Of a stretch of 64,000 bases of DNA, positions 1 through 9,716 are shown one piece after another. The stretch comes from Thermodesulfobacteriota bacterium (GTDB lineage: Bacteria; Desulfobacterota; Binatia; Bin18): NCBI GenBank assembly GCA_964291405.2, contig OZ219926.1, positions 1,696,001 to 1,760,000 on the forward strand, in the 5' to 3' direction. Below the pieces are notes generated by a model. The model saw only the letters and a list, made by a program, of their open reading frames with translations, had not been told where the DNA came from and ran no database searches. The translations under genes and the position numbers were made by a program. The stretch's first letter is position 1, and each line of letters begins with the position of its first letter.

Positions 1-1
1 T

Positions 2-127
2 ACTGATGAGCGGGTGCAGGATCACCTGCGTCAGCTCGGAGAGGCCGTCATCAGGCTGTGCCACAGCCTGAAAGACAGTCCCCAAGGCCCCCCGCCATTA
101 GTCTTATGGCCGCGAAAGAAATCCTAA
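2..127 (+). CDS. 3' end of a CDS entering from the left edge, possibly an NAD(P)H-dependent FMN reductase-like protein
   Basis: Open frame TDERVQDHLRQLGEAVIRLCHSLKDSPQGPPPLVLWPRKKS with TAA at 125-127; the product is a guess from weak C-terminal resemblance. Confidence 0.35.
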   Translation, partial: TDERVQDHLRQLGEAVIRLCHSLKDSPQGPPPLVLWPRKKS

Positions 128-244
128 ATTCTCCGATATTATAAAATCCAGGAGCGAGGTGACACATACTCCTCTCCTTTCCACTTTTCTTGACGCCTGT
201 CCGCTGGCGGCATACCCTAGCGCCCGGCACAGGAGGAAGACCGA

Positions 245-1243
245 ATGCGGTTTGTCATCTTTGGGGCAGGTGCGGTCGGCAGCACGGTCGGCGCCCATCT
301 CTCAAAAGCCGGCGCTGCCGTCCTGCTTATCGGAGACCCGCCCCATATTGAGAAAATTCAGACGGACGGACTGAAAATATCCGGCAAGTATGGCGAATTT
401 GTAACCACGCCAGCGGCCTGTTCCGCTCTGGACGATTGGCAGTTCCAGTCGGACGACGTTGTTTTCCTGTGTGTCAAAACCTATGACACCCCTGTTGCCC
501 TTGAGCAACTGCGCGCTAAGGTCCTGTCCGATACTCCCATTTTCTGTCTCCAGAACACCATGACCAATGAAGAGTTGGCGGTCGAACATTTCAGCAATGT
601 CTATGGCGCGGCTCTACATCTGGGGGCTCGCTTTGTCTTTCCCGGTGAGGTTGGCCACCTGGGTGGCAATTCGCTGGTGATTGGTCGCTATCTCAGCGGT
701 CTTGACGAGACCACGGAACAGGTCGTGGCCGCCCTGCAAGCCGCCAATATGGGCGGAACGCTGACGGACGATATTCTGGCCTGCAAGTGGGCGAAATTTT
801 GCATCAATCTGATGAACGCGCCAGCCGCGATTCTCGACCGCTCCGGACCGGAGTTGCTGAACGACCCGGACTCGCGCCGCTTATGCGGCGACATGCTGGC
901 AGAAGCCCAGCACGTCCTGGCTCGGGCCGAGATCAAACTCAAAACCCTGCCCGGTGACCAGCCCTTGCCGGATATGGTGACCGCATTTCGTCAGACCGAC
1001 TTTACCCCACAGCCCTTGCCCGACCGCTCGACCCATGTTTTCCCGTCCATGTGGCAGGATGTATTCTGTCGGCGGGGCAGAACGGAAGCACGCTATCTCA
1101 ATGGTCGGGTCCACGAGATGGGGCAAAAACTCGGGATTGCCACCCCGATCAACGCTCTCCTCACTCAGGTAGTCGACACCATGGCGGAGCGACGGGAACT
1201 GCCGGGCACGTATACGCTATCTGGTTTGCGCCGCATGCTGTAA
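245..1243 (+). CDS. panE: Ketopantoate reductase PanE/ApbA family protein
   Basis: GAGAVG Rossmann start, [24 protein letters not shown]-x3-LNG motifs; AGGAGG RBS upstream. Confidence 0.85.
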   Translation: MRFVIFGAGAVGSTVGAHLSKAGAAVLLIGDPPHIEKIQTDGLKISGKYGEFVTTPAACSALDDWQFQSDDVVFLCVKTYDTPVALEQLRAKVLSDTPIFCLQNTMTNEELAVEHFSNVYGAALHLGARFVFPGEVGHLGGNSLVIGRYLSGLDETTEQVVAALQAANMGGTLTDDILACKWAKFCINLMNAPAAILDRSGPELLNDPDSRRLCGDMLAEAQHVLARAEIKLKTLPGDQPLPDMVTAFRQTDFTPQPLPDRSTHVFPSMWQDVFCRRGRTEARYLNGRVHEMGQKLGIATPINALLTQVVDTMAERRELPGTYTLSGLRRML

Positions 1244-1271
1244 CCCGCCAGTCACGCATCAGGATAGATCC

Positions 1272-1691
1272 ATGCCACACCTGCCCTTTCACCTCGCCCT
1301 CCCAGTTCATAACCTGGAGGCTGCCCGGACATTTTATGTTGACCTGCTAGGCTGTTCGGTTGGCCGCGAGAGCGCGACCTGGATTGATTTCAATTTTTTC
1401 GGACATCAGGTCACCACCCATCTTTCTCCTGAAGCACCCCGACCTGCGGCCACCAATCCGGTCGACGGCCAGCAGGTTCCGGTTCGGCATTTTGGTGTGA
1501 TTCTCGACTGGGACGCCTGGCAGGCGTTGGCTGAGCAATTGACACAGGCCGGTGTCTCGTTCTTAATCGAGCCCGGCATTCGTTTTCGCGGCCAGGTGGG
1601 TGAACAGGCCACCATGTTTCTCTTGGACCCCAGCCACAACGGGCTGGAGTTCAAGGCGTTTCGAGACCGGGGGCAGATTTTTGCCCGATAG
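1272..1691 (+). CDS. VOC/glyoxalase family protein
   Basis: [31 protein letters not shown] motifs. Confidence 0.9.
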   Translation: MPHLPFHLALPVHNLEAARTFYVDLLGCSVGRESATWIDFNFFGHQVTTHLSPEAPRPAATNPVDGQQVPVRHFGVILDWDAWQALAEQLTQAGVSFLIEPGIRFRGQVGEQATMFLLDPSHNGLEFKAFRDRGQIFAR

Positions 1692-1717
1692 AAATCAGTG
1701 AAAAACAGGAGGATCCT

Positions 1718-2770
1718 ATGAAAGCGCTGGCATTTTTAGGCGTAGACAAGGTCGGCATTATCGACAAACCCATTCCTGACCCTGGTCCGAACGATGCAGT
1801 GATTAAGACAACGGCTTCACTGATCTGCACCTCGGATGTGCATACCGTGCGGGGTGTCATCCAGATTCCCGAGGGCCGGGTCCTCGGCCACGAGAGCGTT
1901 GGCGTCGTGTATCAGGCCGGTGCGAATGTTACGACCTGTAAAGAGGGCGACCGGGTGGTGGTGAACGCCATCACGCCGTGCGGCAAGTGCGACCCCTGCC
2001 AGCGCGGCATTACCTCGCAGTGCGGCGGCATGCTGGGCGGCTATAAGTTCACCACTCAGCGCGACGGCAATATGGCCGAATACTTTTTTGTCAACGATGC
2101 CGACTACAACGTGGTCGCCATCCCGGATGAGCTGACGGACGAGCAGGCGCTCTACACCACAGACATGATGTCCACCGGCCTGGTGGGAGCCGAGAACGCG
2201 GAGATTCCGGCTGGCGGGACGGCGGCAGTCTTCGCCCAAGGTCCGGTCGGGCTGTGCGCCACGGCCAGCGCGCGACTGCTGGGCGCCGGGCTGGTCATCG
2301 CCGTTGACTCCAAGCCGGACCGCAAGGAACTCGCCAAAACGATGGGCGCCGATATTGTTGTCGATCCGACCGAAGGAGACGCGGTCGAACAGATTATGCA
2401 ACTCACGAACGGCCTCGGCGTGGATTCCGCGATTGAGGCGCTGGGCTCTCCGACTACCTTTGAGAACTGTGTGAAAGCGACCAAGCCGGGCGGAGTGATA
2501 TCGAATATCGGCTATCATGGGGAGGCCGGCGATGCGTTGAGTATCCCGCTGCCGGATTTCGGTCTGGGCATGGGCGACAAGAAAATTCACACGGCGCTGT
2601 GCCCGGGCGGGCGGGAGCAGGTCACGCGCCTGCTGCGGCTGATTCAGAACGGACGCATTGACCCCACGCCATTGACCACCCATCGGTTTCCCTTTACGGA
2701 AGTCGAGACCGCGTTCACTATGATGACGACCAAGGCGGACAATATCGTCAAGCCGCTCATTATGTTTTAG
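1718..2770 (+). CDS. adh: Zn-dependent NAD(P)-linked (secondary) alcohol dehydrogenase, MDR family
   Basis: CTSDVH, GHE, CGKCDPC...C structural Zn site, DMMSTG, AQGPVG; AGGAGG RBS. Confidence 0.9.
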   Translation: MKALAFLGVDKVGIIDKPIPDPGPNDAVIKTTASLICTSDVHTVRGVIQIPEGRVLGHESVGVVYQAGANVTTCKEGDRVVVNAITPCGKCDPCQRGITSQCGGMLGGYKFTTQRDGNMAEYFFVNDADYNVVAIPDELTDEQALYTTDMMSTGLVGAENAEIPAGGTAAVFAQGPVGLCATASARLLGAGLVIAVDSKPDRKELAKTMGADIVVDPTEGDAVEQIMQLTNGLGVDSAIEALGSPTTFENCVKATKPGGVISNIGYHGEAGDALSIPLPDFGLGMGDKKIHTALCPGGREQVTRLLRLIQNGRIDPTPLTTHRFPFTEVETAFTMMTTKADNIVKPLIMF

Positions 2771-2783
2771 GGGCAGGTGAAGA

Positions 2784-3491
2784 GTGATGAGCGAGGAACC
2801 CACCCCGGCCTTCGGCCATCGGAGCAATATGCAATCCCCTCCTTGGGGGGGTGACCCAAAGGGCCAGGGTGGGTTGTCCCTTTTATCCCCTCTCCCCTGG
2901 AGGGAGTCTTCTGCTCACTCCCTCGTCCTCTCCGCCTACCTTATCCCACTCAGCCTCTTGCTCTGCCTCTTCTCCTCTCCACCCGCCGTTGCTCAGGACA
3001 ACCTCCAAACCGGGGTCCAACTCTTTGAGGCCGGCCAGTTGGTCGAAGCGCGTCAATTTTTTGAGGCCCTGCACCAGCAGCAACCGACCAATACAAGCGC
3101 GCCCTTTTATTTGGGACGGATTGCCTATGCCGAGAAAAACTATGAACAGGCCGTCCCCTGGTTCGAGAAGGCTGTGGACGGCGAACAGTGCAATGCCGAC
3201 TATCATGTGTGGCTGGGACGCGCCTACGGACGTCACGTCGAGCAGATGAACATGTTCCGCAGGCTCCGTAATCTCTCTCTCGTCAGGAACGTCCGTACTC
3301 ACTTTGAAAAAGCGGTCGGCTGCGACCCCACCCACGTAGCGGCCCACTGGGACCTGATGCAGTACTATAGGGATGCTCCAGGTTTCGTGGGCGGCAGCCG
3401 AAAAAAAGCCGAGGAACAGGCCACCATCATCACCCGCCTCGACCCCGCCGAGGGCCAAAAAGCACGGCAGTTCATCGCCGAAATGGACTAG
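2784..3491 (+). CDS. Secreted TPR-repeat protein (start uncertain)
   Basis: Signal-like hydrophobic stretch ending AVA-Q, TPR helices (FYLGRIAY, YHVWLGRAYG), APGFVGGS motif. Confidence 0.75.
   Translation: MMSEEPTPAFGHRSNMQSPPWGGDPKGQGGLSLLSPLPWRESSAHSLVLSAYLIPLSLLLCLFSSPPAVAQDNLQTGVQLFEAGQLVEARQFFEALHQQQPTNTSAPFYLGRIAYAEKNYEQAVPWFEKAVDGEQCNADYHVWLGRAYGRHVEQMNMFRRLRNLSLVRNVRTHFEKAVGCDPTHVAAHWDLMQYYRDAPGFVGGSRKKAEEQATIITRLDPAEGQKARQFIAEMD
2797..2906. repeat. REP-like palindromic element
   Basis: AACCCACCCCGGCC (2797-2810) is the inverse of GGCCAGGGTGGGTT (2862-2875) with 1 mismatch; internal GGCC-TTC-GGCC and CCCCTCC/GGGGGG hairpins. Confidence 0.55.
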
Positions 3492-3558
3492 AGCGTGTTA
3501 CACTGTCGTGTAGCGTCTAGAGGAAGGCGTGGTACGTGGTGAGAGGCAAGGGGGACGT

Positions 3559-3921
3559 ATGCAAGCATATTCGCTAGATCTCCGGGAGCGCGTCGTAGCC
3601 GACCGGGTGGCGGGACTGCGCACGGCCGAGGTGGCCCGCAAGTATCGCGTGAGTCCGGCGTGGGTACGCCGGCTCCTGCAGCGCTACCGGGCGACGGGGA
3701 AGGTGGCCCCCAAGCGACGGACGCAGTATCGCCTGCCCCTCCTCCAGCCGTATCTCCCGCAACTTGCCGCGTTGATTCAGGCGCAGCCCGACGCGACCCT
3801 CGCCGAGTTACGCGCGGCCTTGGGCGTCTCGGTCAGTCTGCCCACGGTATGGCGAGCCATACGCCACTTAGGCCTGACGGTAAAAAAAAGTCCTACACGC
3901 GGCAGAACAAGATCGGCCTGA
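3559..3921 (+). CDS. IS630 transposase OrfA (HTH part)
   Basis: [13 protein letters not shown] start, PDATLAEL; A8 run at 3882-3889. Confidence 0.85.
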   Translation: MQAYSLDLRERVVADRVAGLRTAEVARKYRVSPAWVRRLLQRYRATGKVAPKRRTQYRLPLLQPYLPQLAALIQAQPDATLAELRAALGVSVSLPTVWRAIRHLGLTVKKSPTRGRTRSA

Positions 3922-4498
3922 TGTCGTGGTGGCACGCCAGCGCTGGCGCGCCCAAGCGGCCTCCCTCGATGGGCACGGCCTCGTCTTCCTGGATGAGACG
4001 GCCGTGCGGACGAATCTGACCCGGCGGTACGGTCGGAGTCGGCGCGGGACACGCCTCGTCGCCAAAGTCCCTCATGGACACTGGCAAACGACCACCCTCA
4101 TTGCCGCCCTGCGCGCGCAGCACCTCACCGCCCCGGCGGTCTTGGATGGGCCGGTTGATGGCCCCTGCTTTGTCGCTTATGTCGAACAGGTCCTCGCGCC
4201 CACCTTGCACCCCGGCGACTGCGTCGTCATGGACAATCTCGCCTGTCATAAAGTCACAGGCGTGCGCCAAGCGATTGAGGCTGTCGGGGCGCGCTTGCTC
4301 TATCTGCCCCCCTACAGCCCCGACTTCAATCCCATTGAGCAAGTCTTTGCCAAACTCAAAGCCCGCCTGCGGGCCGCTCCGCCCCGCACGGTTGCCCGCT
4401 TGTGGGCCGCTATTGGCCACACCCTCCAGACCTTCTCTCCCGCGGAATGTGCCAACTATATCCGCCACGCTGGCTATCGCCTCGCTACACCACCATGA
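3884..4498 (+). CDS. IS630 transposase OrfB (DDE domain), joined to OrfA by a frameshift
   Basis: [14 protein letters not shown] in the +1 frame relative to OrfA, then [21 protein letters not shown]. Confidence 0.9.
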   Translation, partial: KKVLHAAEQDRPDVVVARQRWRAQAASLDGHGLVFLDETAVRTNLTRRYGRSRRGTRLVAKVPHGHWQTTTLIAALRAQHLTAPAVLDGPVDGPCFVAYVEQVLAPTLHPGDCVVMDNLACHKVTGVRQAIEAVGARLLYLPPYSPDFNPIEQVFAKLKARLRAAPPRTVARLWAAIGHTLQTFSPAECANYIRHAGYRLATPP

Positions 4499-6543
4499 AA
4501 ACTGCTCTAGTGATCGCTACCGAAGATAAAACGGCGTGGGAGATCCACACGCGCGAGGCAAAGCACGCGCGGTTGAGAAGCCTTGCCGATTCCATCAACG
4601 ACACAGCGCGCATGGCGCGGAATTCACTGTCGCTGCTCTTGATAGTAGCGCTCTATCTGTTCTTGACCCTGATATCCTCCACTGACGAAAACCTACTCCG
4701 TGATAGTCATCAGATCACATTACCGCAGGCGGGTGTCGACCTTTCGATCGTGCAAAGTTATATCTTTGCGCCGCTGATCTTCCTCTATCTGCACGTTCAG
4801 TTGTTGTTCCAACTGACTGTGTTGGCACGGAAAATACAGACATTCGAGCGGACGCTAAAGGATGAATTTCCTGGCGAGGCGAGCCCAAACAAGCAAAGGG
4901 AAGAATGTCGGGACTGGCTCTCCGCTTTCGCTTTCGTTCAGATATTCCGGCTGCCCTCCAGTGAACCACACATGTCTAAAGTACTAGCGTGGCTCGGTAT
5001 CGAAGCGGCCCCGCTGATGCTGCTGTTCTTCCTTGACCTCTCATTCATTCGCTATCAGTCCGATCGGATTACATGGGAACACCATGCCGTCTTCGTCGTC
5101 GATTTGATGTTCCTTGCATGGTTCAACGGGCAGGTGTTTGGTGGCTGGTTTTGGGTTCGTTGGAAACACCTGAGCAAATCGTTCGTTCAGAGCTTCAGTT
5201 GGCGGTCATTGAGCAAAAGCGTGATGATAATACTGGCATCCATCGGAAGCTTGGTAAGAGGGGTGCTGGCGGTCAGCATGGTGCTACTGCTGGTCTTTGC
5301 AGCACATCCGCCGAGCTTCGATCCCAAAACTGTAGTAGAGGACCGATTGAGTATCTGGGGCAGCGAGAGATTGGGCTTTCACATCGGATTCTGGGAGGCG
5401 GTACTTTCTGATGGTAAGAACCCGCTTGACGCTGGTCCATGTAAATGGTGGGGCTTAGCCTGCCGCTATCTTGATGTCAGAAATAAGGGTCTAGGCAACA
5501 GCCCAATTCTGGATATGGTCATTCCAAAGCCAGGTAACTCCGGTGACAATAGAAGCTTTGCGAACATTACTTTGGCTGGTCGAAAATTGCTCTTCGCAAA
5601 TCTTCAGGGCACACACTTACAAGGCGCGGACTTTACAAATGCACACTTGCAAGGCGTGAACCTCCGGGTGGCATACATGCAAGGCGCAAACCTGAGGGAT
5701 GCACAGTTACAGGGTGCCGATCTCCGGGAAACACACTTACAAGGCGCAAACCTCACAAATGCAGGGTTACAGGGCGCAAACCTCACAAATGCACACTTGC
5801 AAGGCGCGTACCTCGTGATGGCACACTTGCAAGGCGCGCGCCTCGTGATGGCACACTTGCAAGGCGCGTACCTCTGGATGGCACAGTTACAGGGTGCCGA
5901 CTTGAGGGATTCACAGTTGCAGGGTACGAACCTCCGAGGTGTGCACTTGCAAGGCGCTGACTTGAGGAACGCACAGTTGCAATGTACGAACCTCCGAGAT
6001 GTACACCTGCAAGGCGCTGACTTAGGGGACGCGCAGTTGCAGGGTGCCGACCTTGGGGACGAAGAATTGCGGGGCGGTGCTGGCAATCCAGACCTGGGGT
6101 ATTTAGTGTGGGCACCGGGCGTCTCATACGACTTTCCTGCTGACAAATCGTCCTATCTGAAGACTCTGATCACCGACGAGACAGCGACCGTCAAGCTTGC
6201 GTGGGCGGCATGGTCCATGTCCGTGGGGGAACTCTTGCAGGAGTGTGTGAATGAAGATCAGGAATATAGAGTTTCTCTCCCGTCCAATCACGTCCAACCT
6301 GATTGGAATGCCTGGGCCAACTGGACAGCCGAATTTGCTTGCGAGGACGAATACACTGCCCGCAGTAGCCTAAATCGTTGGATGTCAGAAGAAGACCCTC
6401 TGTCCGGTTTGGAAGGTTCTGATAGGGCCGAAGCTCAGAAACTTGTCCGCAGAGCTTTAGTAGCCGCACGAGAGACAGGGGAAGAATGCCCCGGTCTTCA
6501 TTCCATCTCTGACGACGAGTGGAAGGAATTTGTTGGTAGTTGA
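4495..6543 (+). CDS. Membrane-anchored pentapeptide-repeat protein (start ATG 4495 or GTG 4510)
   Basis: Several N-terminal TM segments, then a long run of A(D/N/H/Q)Lxx pentapeptides (LQGADL). Confidence 0.85.
   Translation: MKTALVIATEDKTAWEIHTREAKHARLRSLADSINDTARMARNSLSLLLIVALYLFLTLISSTDENLLRDSHQITLPQAGVDLSIVQSYIFAPLIFLYLHVQLLFQLTVLARKIQTFERTLKDEFPGEASPNKQREECRDWLSAFAFVQIFRLPSSEPHMSKVLAWLGIEAAPLMLLFFLDLSFIRYQSDRITWEHHAVFVVDLMFLAWFNGQVFGGWFWVRWKHLSKSFVQSFSWRSLSKSVMIILASIGSLVRGVLAVSMVLLLVFAAHPPSFDPKTVVEDRLSIWGSERLGFHIGFWEAVLSDGKNPLDAGPCKWWGLACRYLDVRNKGLGNSPILDMVIPKPGNSGDNRSFANITLAGRKLLFANLQGTHLQGADFTNAHLQGVNLRVAYMQGANLRDAQLQGADLRETHLQGANLTNAGLQGANLTNAHLQGAYLVMAHLQGARLVMAHLQGAYLWMAQLQGADLRDSQLQGTNLRGVHLQGADLRNAQLQCTNLRDVHLQGADLGDAQLQGADLGDEELRGGAGNPDLGYLVWAPGVSYDFPADKSSYLKTLITDETATVKLAWAAWSMSVGELLQECVNEDQEYRVSLPSNHVQPDWNAWANWTAEFACEDEYTARSSLNRWMSEEDPLSGLEGSDRAEAQKLVRRALVAARETGEECPGLHSISDDEWKEFVGS
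5596..6060 (+). repeat. 30-bp-period coding tandem repeat (pentapeptide pairs)
   Basis: GCACACTTGCAAGGCGCGTACCTCGTGATG-like unit, three near-identical copies at 5791-5880 with degenerate copies on both sides. Confidence 0.85.
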
Positions 6544-6569
6544 CCTTGACCGTAGAGGCAGGCGGACGC

Positions 6570-6905
6570 TTACTCCCCATCCCCGGTCAGGATACGACCC
6601 TGAAAACGGCGGATGAGGTCGTGGGCGATTTGGCCGGAGTGATGCATGGCGGCCAGCCCTTCGACAATGACCTGTTCGATCTCTTCGGCGCGGACCGTGT
6701 CGTGAGACAGGGGCTTTTCTTCGGTCGGACCGATGACCAGTTGGGCGGGGATGCGCTCTTTTGACCGCCTGAATTTGTCGGCAATGGCGCGCAGTTGCGT
6801 CAGGGTGTCTACCTCGGCTTTAATGCTCACCCGACACGGTTTGTCCTCGTTTTCAATAGTCACCCTGACAATTTTCAAGCCCACGCGTTCCGCCATGTCA
6901 GCCAT
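6570..6905 (-). CDS. Hypothetical protein
   Basis: 111-aa ORF with GAGGG RBS, 3 bp downstream of the preceding minus-strand ORF. Confidence 0.6.
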   Translation of the reverse strand: MADMAERVGLKIVRVTIENEDKPCRVSIKAEVDTLTQLRAIADKFRRSKERIPAQLVIGPTEEKPLSHDTVRAEEIEQVIVEGLAAMHHSGQIAHDLIRRFQGRILTGDGE

Positions 6906-6908
6906 CCC

Positions 6909-7080
6909 TCATGAAGTCTCGGCCTCGGTCGGTTTTTCATACACCCGAATCGGGATAATGCGCAGACAGGTGGGACAGGGAACATCCTTGATTACCGGGA
7001 AGGAGAGATAGGTCTCAGTAATCTGTTTGAGCTGGATTTGCAGTTCTTTTTCACAACAGGCTTGGAGTGCATCGGCCATG
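6909..7080 (-). CDS. Small Cys-rich hypothetical protein, possible metal binder
   Basis: MADALQACCEKE...CPTC; fits the minus-strand gene run. Confidence 0.55.
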
Positions 7081-7138
7081 CCTTGTGCACTAGCCAACCG
7101 GCCTGAGGAAGTCAAGGACGCGGCGTTTCGAGCGCTAT

Positions 7139-7498
7139 CTAGGGCTTCTTTTTGATAGTCGCCCCGGAGCGTTTGCGCATCACATCCGAGACCCGCTGGG
7201 TCTCACTCATATCGCCCATTGTCAGCGCCTGTTTGAACTGGGCGGACAGCATCCGCATGAGCGCGGCCTCCTGCGGGTCAAGCCCGTCAGCCAACTGCGA
7301 CAGGGTGTCCATTGCCGTTCCGATTTTTGAGGTAGCCTTGGGCACATCGCCGTCGGCGCGAGCGGCAACCGCCTCCTGGAGCAGCTTTTGGACCATGTGT
7401 AAGCCTGGCTTGGATTGCGGACCCAGCACGATTTCCAATTCCGGCAGCTGGGTCAACAGGGCGTTTAAGGACTCTGGATACGAATGCTCGTGTGCCAT
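7139..7498 (-). CDS. Hypothetical alpha-helical protein
   Basis: 119-aa ORF with normal composition, divergent from pepP. Confidence 0.65.
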   Translation of the reverse strand: MAHEHSYPESLNALLTQLPELEIVLGPQSKPGLHMVQKLLQEAVAARADGDVPKATSKIGTAMDTLSQLADGLDPQEAALMRMLSAQFKQALTMGDMSETQRVSDVMRKRSGATIKKKP

Positions 7499-7564
7499 AT
7501 AGTACCAAGAGTCTTTAATTGTTGGGCGAAAGTCAAGTCAACACGAAGCGGACGACACGGTAGC

Positions 7565-8881
7565 ATGCCAATGAACGCAAATTTTTCGACCTATGCAGCC
7601 CGCCGGCAGGCGTTTCTGAAACAGATGGGCGATGGGGTTGCCCTCTTTCCGGCCGCTCCCACTTCCATTCGCTCCCAGGATGTTGAGTATCGCTATCGCC
7701 AGGACAACGACCTGTACTACCTGACCGGTTTTCCAGAACCGGAATCCCTGTGCCTGCTTTCGCCCAACCACGACAAGGAACAGTTTATTCTGTTTGTCCG
7801 TCCGCGCGACAAGGAAAAAGAGACCTGGACAGGAAAACGGTTTGGCGTTGAGGGCGCGCAGGAACACTTTGGCGTGGACGCAGCCTATACGATCGATCAA
7901 CTCGACAAGGTGCTGCCCGAACACCTGCTCACCGCGGAGAAGATCTACTACGGCCTCGGCCGTGACGAGCGCCTCAATGCAAAGATTCTGGACTTCGTGA
8001 ATCAGGGCCGGCTGCAACGCCCGCGCATCGGGCGCGGACCGGTCTCGCTTATTGATCCCAGCGATTTGCTACATGAAATGCGCTTGTTTAAAACCCCGGA
8101 AGAAATCGACCTGATGCGCTGTGCGGTCAAGGCGTCTGCCGCGGCCCACTACGCGGCCCTGCACGAGACGCGGCCGGGCATGTACGAATACGAAATTGAA
8201 GCCCTACTTGAATACCATTTTCGCCGCAACGGAGCGGATGGACCAGCCTACCCTTCGATTGTTGCCTCAGGTGCGAACGCCACGATCCTGCATTACATCT
8301 CCAACGATCAACAAATGCAGGACGACGATCTTTTGCTGATTGACGCCGGTTCGGAGTACGCCTGCTATTGCTCGGATGTGACGCGCACGTTTCCGATTGG
8401 TCGCGCGTTCTCGGCTCAGCAGAAAGAAATCTACAGCCTGGTTCTGACCGCGCAAAAACATGCGATTGCCATGATCCGGCCCGGCGTGGGCTTTGACGAC
8501 GTGCACCAACGCGCCACAGAGATATTGATTGACGGGCTACGTGATCTCGGCCTGCTCTCCGGCAGCACGGAGGACATTCTTGAGAAGGGCGACTATCGCC
8601 AGTTCTATATGCACCGCACGAGCCACTGGCTGGGCATGGATGTCCACGACGTGGGTAAATACAGAGTTGGTGAAGAATCCCGGACGCTCAACCCTGGGAT
8701 GGTCCTGACGGTTGAACCCGGCCTGTATATCGCCGCAGATGCCGATGTACAAGCCGCCTACCAGGGTATTGGGGTCCGCATCGAGGACGATGTTCTCGTG
8801 ACAGCCGACGGTCACGACGTGCTGACCAGTGCAATCCCGAAAGAACTCGACGATATCGAAGCCGCCCGACGGGAGGCATAA
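7565..8881 (+). CDS. pepP: Xaa-Pro aminopeptidase
   Basis: YRQDNDLYYLTGFPEP, ILHY, DAG, SDVTRT, HWLGMDVHD, TVEPG, GVRIEDD. Confidence 0.95.
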   Translation: MPMNANFSTYAARRQAFLKQMGDGVALFPAAPTSIRSQDVEYRYRQDNDLYYLTGFPEPESLCLLSPNHDKEQFILFVRPRDKEKETWTGKRFGVEGAQEHFGVDAAYTIDQLDKVLPEHLLTAEKIYYGLGRDERLNAKILDFVNQGRLQRPRIGRGPVSLIDPSDLLHEMRLFKTPEEIDLMRCAVKASAAAHYAALHETRPGMYEYEIEALLEYHFRRNGADGPAYPSIVASGANATILHYISNDQQMQDDDLLLIDAGSEYACYCSDVTRTFPIGRAFSAQQKEIYSLVLTAQKHAIAMIRPGVGFDDVHQRATEILIDGLRDLGLLSGSTEDILEKGDYRQFYMHRTSHWLGMDVHDVGKYRVGEESRTLNPGMVLTVEPGLYIAADADVQAAYQGIGVRIEDDVLVTADGHDVLTSAIPKELDDIEAARREA

Positions 8882-8914
8882 GAAAAGTCCCAAAATCCAG
8901 GGCTCCATCCGTCC

Positions 8915-9205
8915 TCAGCCGGTAGGGCGCTGGGCGTGGGCGTTCAGGTAGTCGAAGATGATACGGCGCTCGGTTTCGGATAAAGACGGACGACCGAGGC
9001 GCAGAAACTCCGTATCCATACGCGCCAGCATGAACTGCCACATCTCCGGTGTGAGCAGGCCGGGATGATACAAACGGTGACAGCCGGAGCAGCGCTGCCG
9101 GTAGAGTCGCGCGCCCGCTGAGTCGGGCTCGGGCAAGGTTGTTTCACACGCTGTTAGGCTGGCGCACAGCAGCCCCAGGATCACACTTCGCAACCCCCAC
9201 CCCAT
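8915..9205 (-). CDS. Small c-type cytochrome lipoprotein
   Basis: LTAC lipobox, CSGCH heme motif, distal Met (ARM). Confidence 0.8.
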   Translation of the reverse strand: MGWGLRSVILGLLCASLTACETTLPEPDSAGARLYRQRCSGCHRLYHPGLLTPEMWQFMLARMDTEFLRLGRPSLSETERRIIFDYLNAHAQRPTG

Positions 9206-9212
9206 TCCGGAC

Positions 9213-9704
9213 TCACACTCGAAACGGCTCGCGACAGACCGCTACCTGGCCGGGGATGTCTTCAATCAGGACCTCGATCGTTTCGATGCTGTTCCCGCGG
9301 GCTGCCGCCAGACGGGTACGCAGTCGCGCAATCAGATACTGGGCAATCTCTTCCGATGAGGAGTGCACGATGGGCAGCAGGCGGACATCTTGTCGTGGAA
9401 AGCTAAACTGGGTGCCGTCTTCACACTCCACCCGAACGGTCTCAGTATCCGCAGTAATACGCAGGCAATCGCTGTGTTCGGGTAGCAGGGTGGTAAAATG
9501 CAGTTGCTGGCATTCTTCTTCGGCGATTTTTTTTAGCACCAGAAAATCCACGACATAGCCGTCCGGTCCAACCGGTCCACTCACCTTCACTTCAGCCTGA
9601 TAGGTGTGACCGTGCAACGGTTCTCGAAAGCCTTTGAAGGCAATGAAATGCGCCGCGGTAAAACATAACTGTTCCTTGCCGATTGATACCGAGAAGATAC
9701 TCAT
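9213..9704 (-). CDS. 6-pyruvoyl-tetrahydropterin synthase family protein (ExxHGH type)
   Basis: FTAAHF, EPLHGHTY, VVDF, SSSEEIA. Confidence 0.85.
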   Translation of the reverse strand: MSIFSVSIGKEQLCFTAAHFIAFKGFREPLHGHTYQAEVKVSGPVGPDGYVVDFLVLKKIAEEECQQLHFTTLLPEHSDCLRITADTETVRVECEDGTQFSFPRQDVRLLPIVHSSSEEIAQYLIARLRTRLAAARGNSIETIEVLIEDIPGQVAVCREPFRV

Positions 9705-9716
9705 CCGTCCGTCCTC

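Larger units (their letters stand above)
3489..4509 (+). mobile_element. IS630-family insertion sequence (about 1.02 kb)
   Basis: Imperfect terminal IRs CTAGAGCGTGTTACACTGTCGTGTAGCG and CTAGAGCAGTTTTCATGGTGGTGTAGCG (reverse complement); TA within CTAG at both ends; split transposase inside. Confidence 0.9.

Noticed and set aside
1817-2827. Long antisense ORF opposite adh (likewise 12385-13266, 33185-34201, 34143-35294, 47184-47942)
   Set aside because: No motifs; typical antisense open frames of GC-rich genes with a clear gene on the other strand
5604-6146. Cys-rich repetitive minus-strand ORF
   Set aside because: Antisense shadow of the pentapeptide repeats
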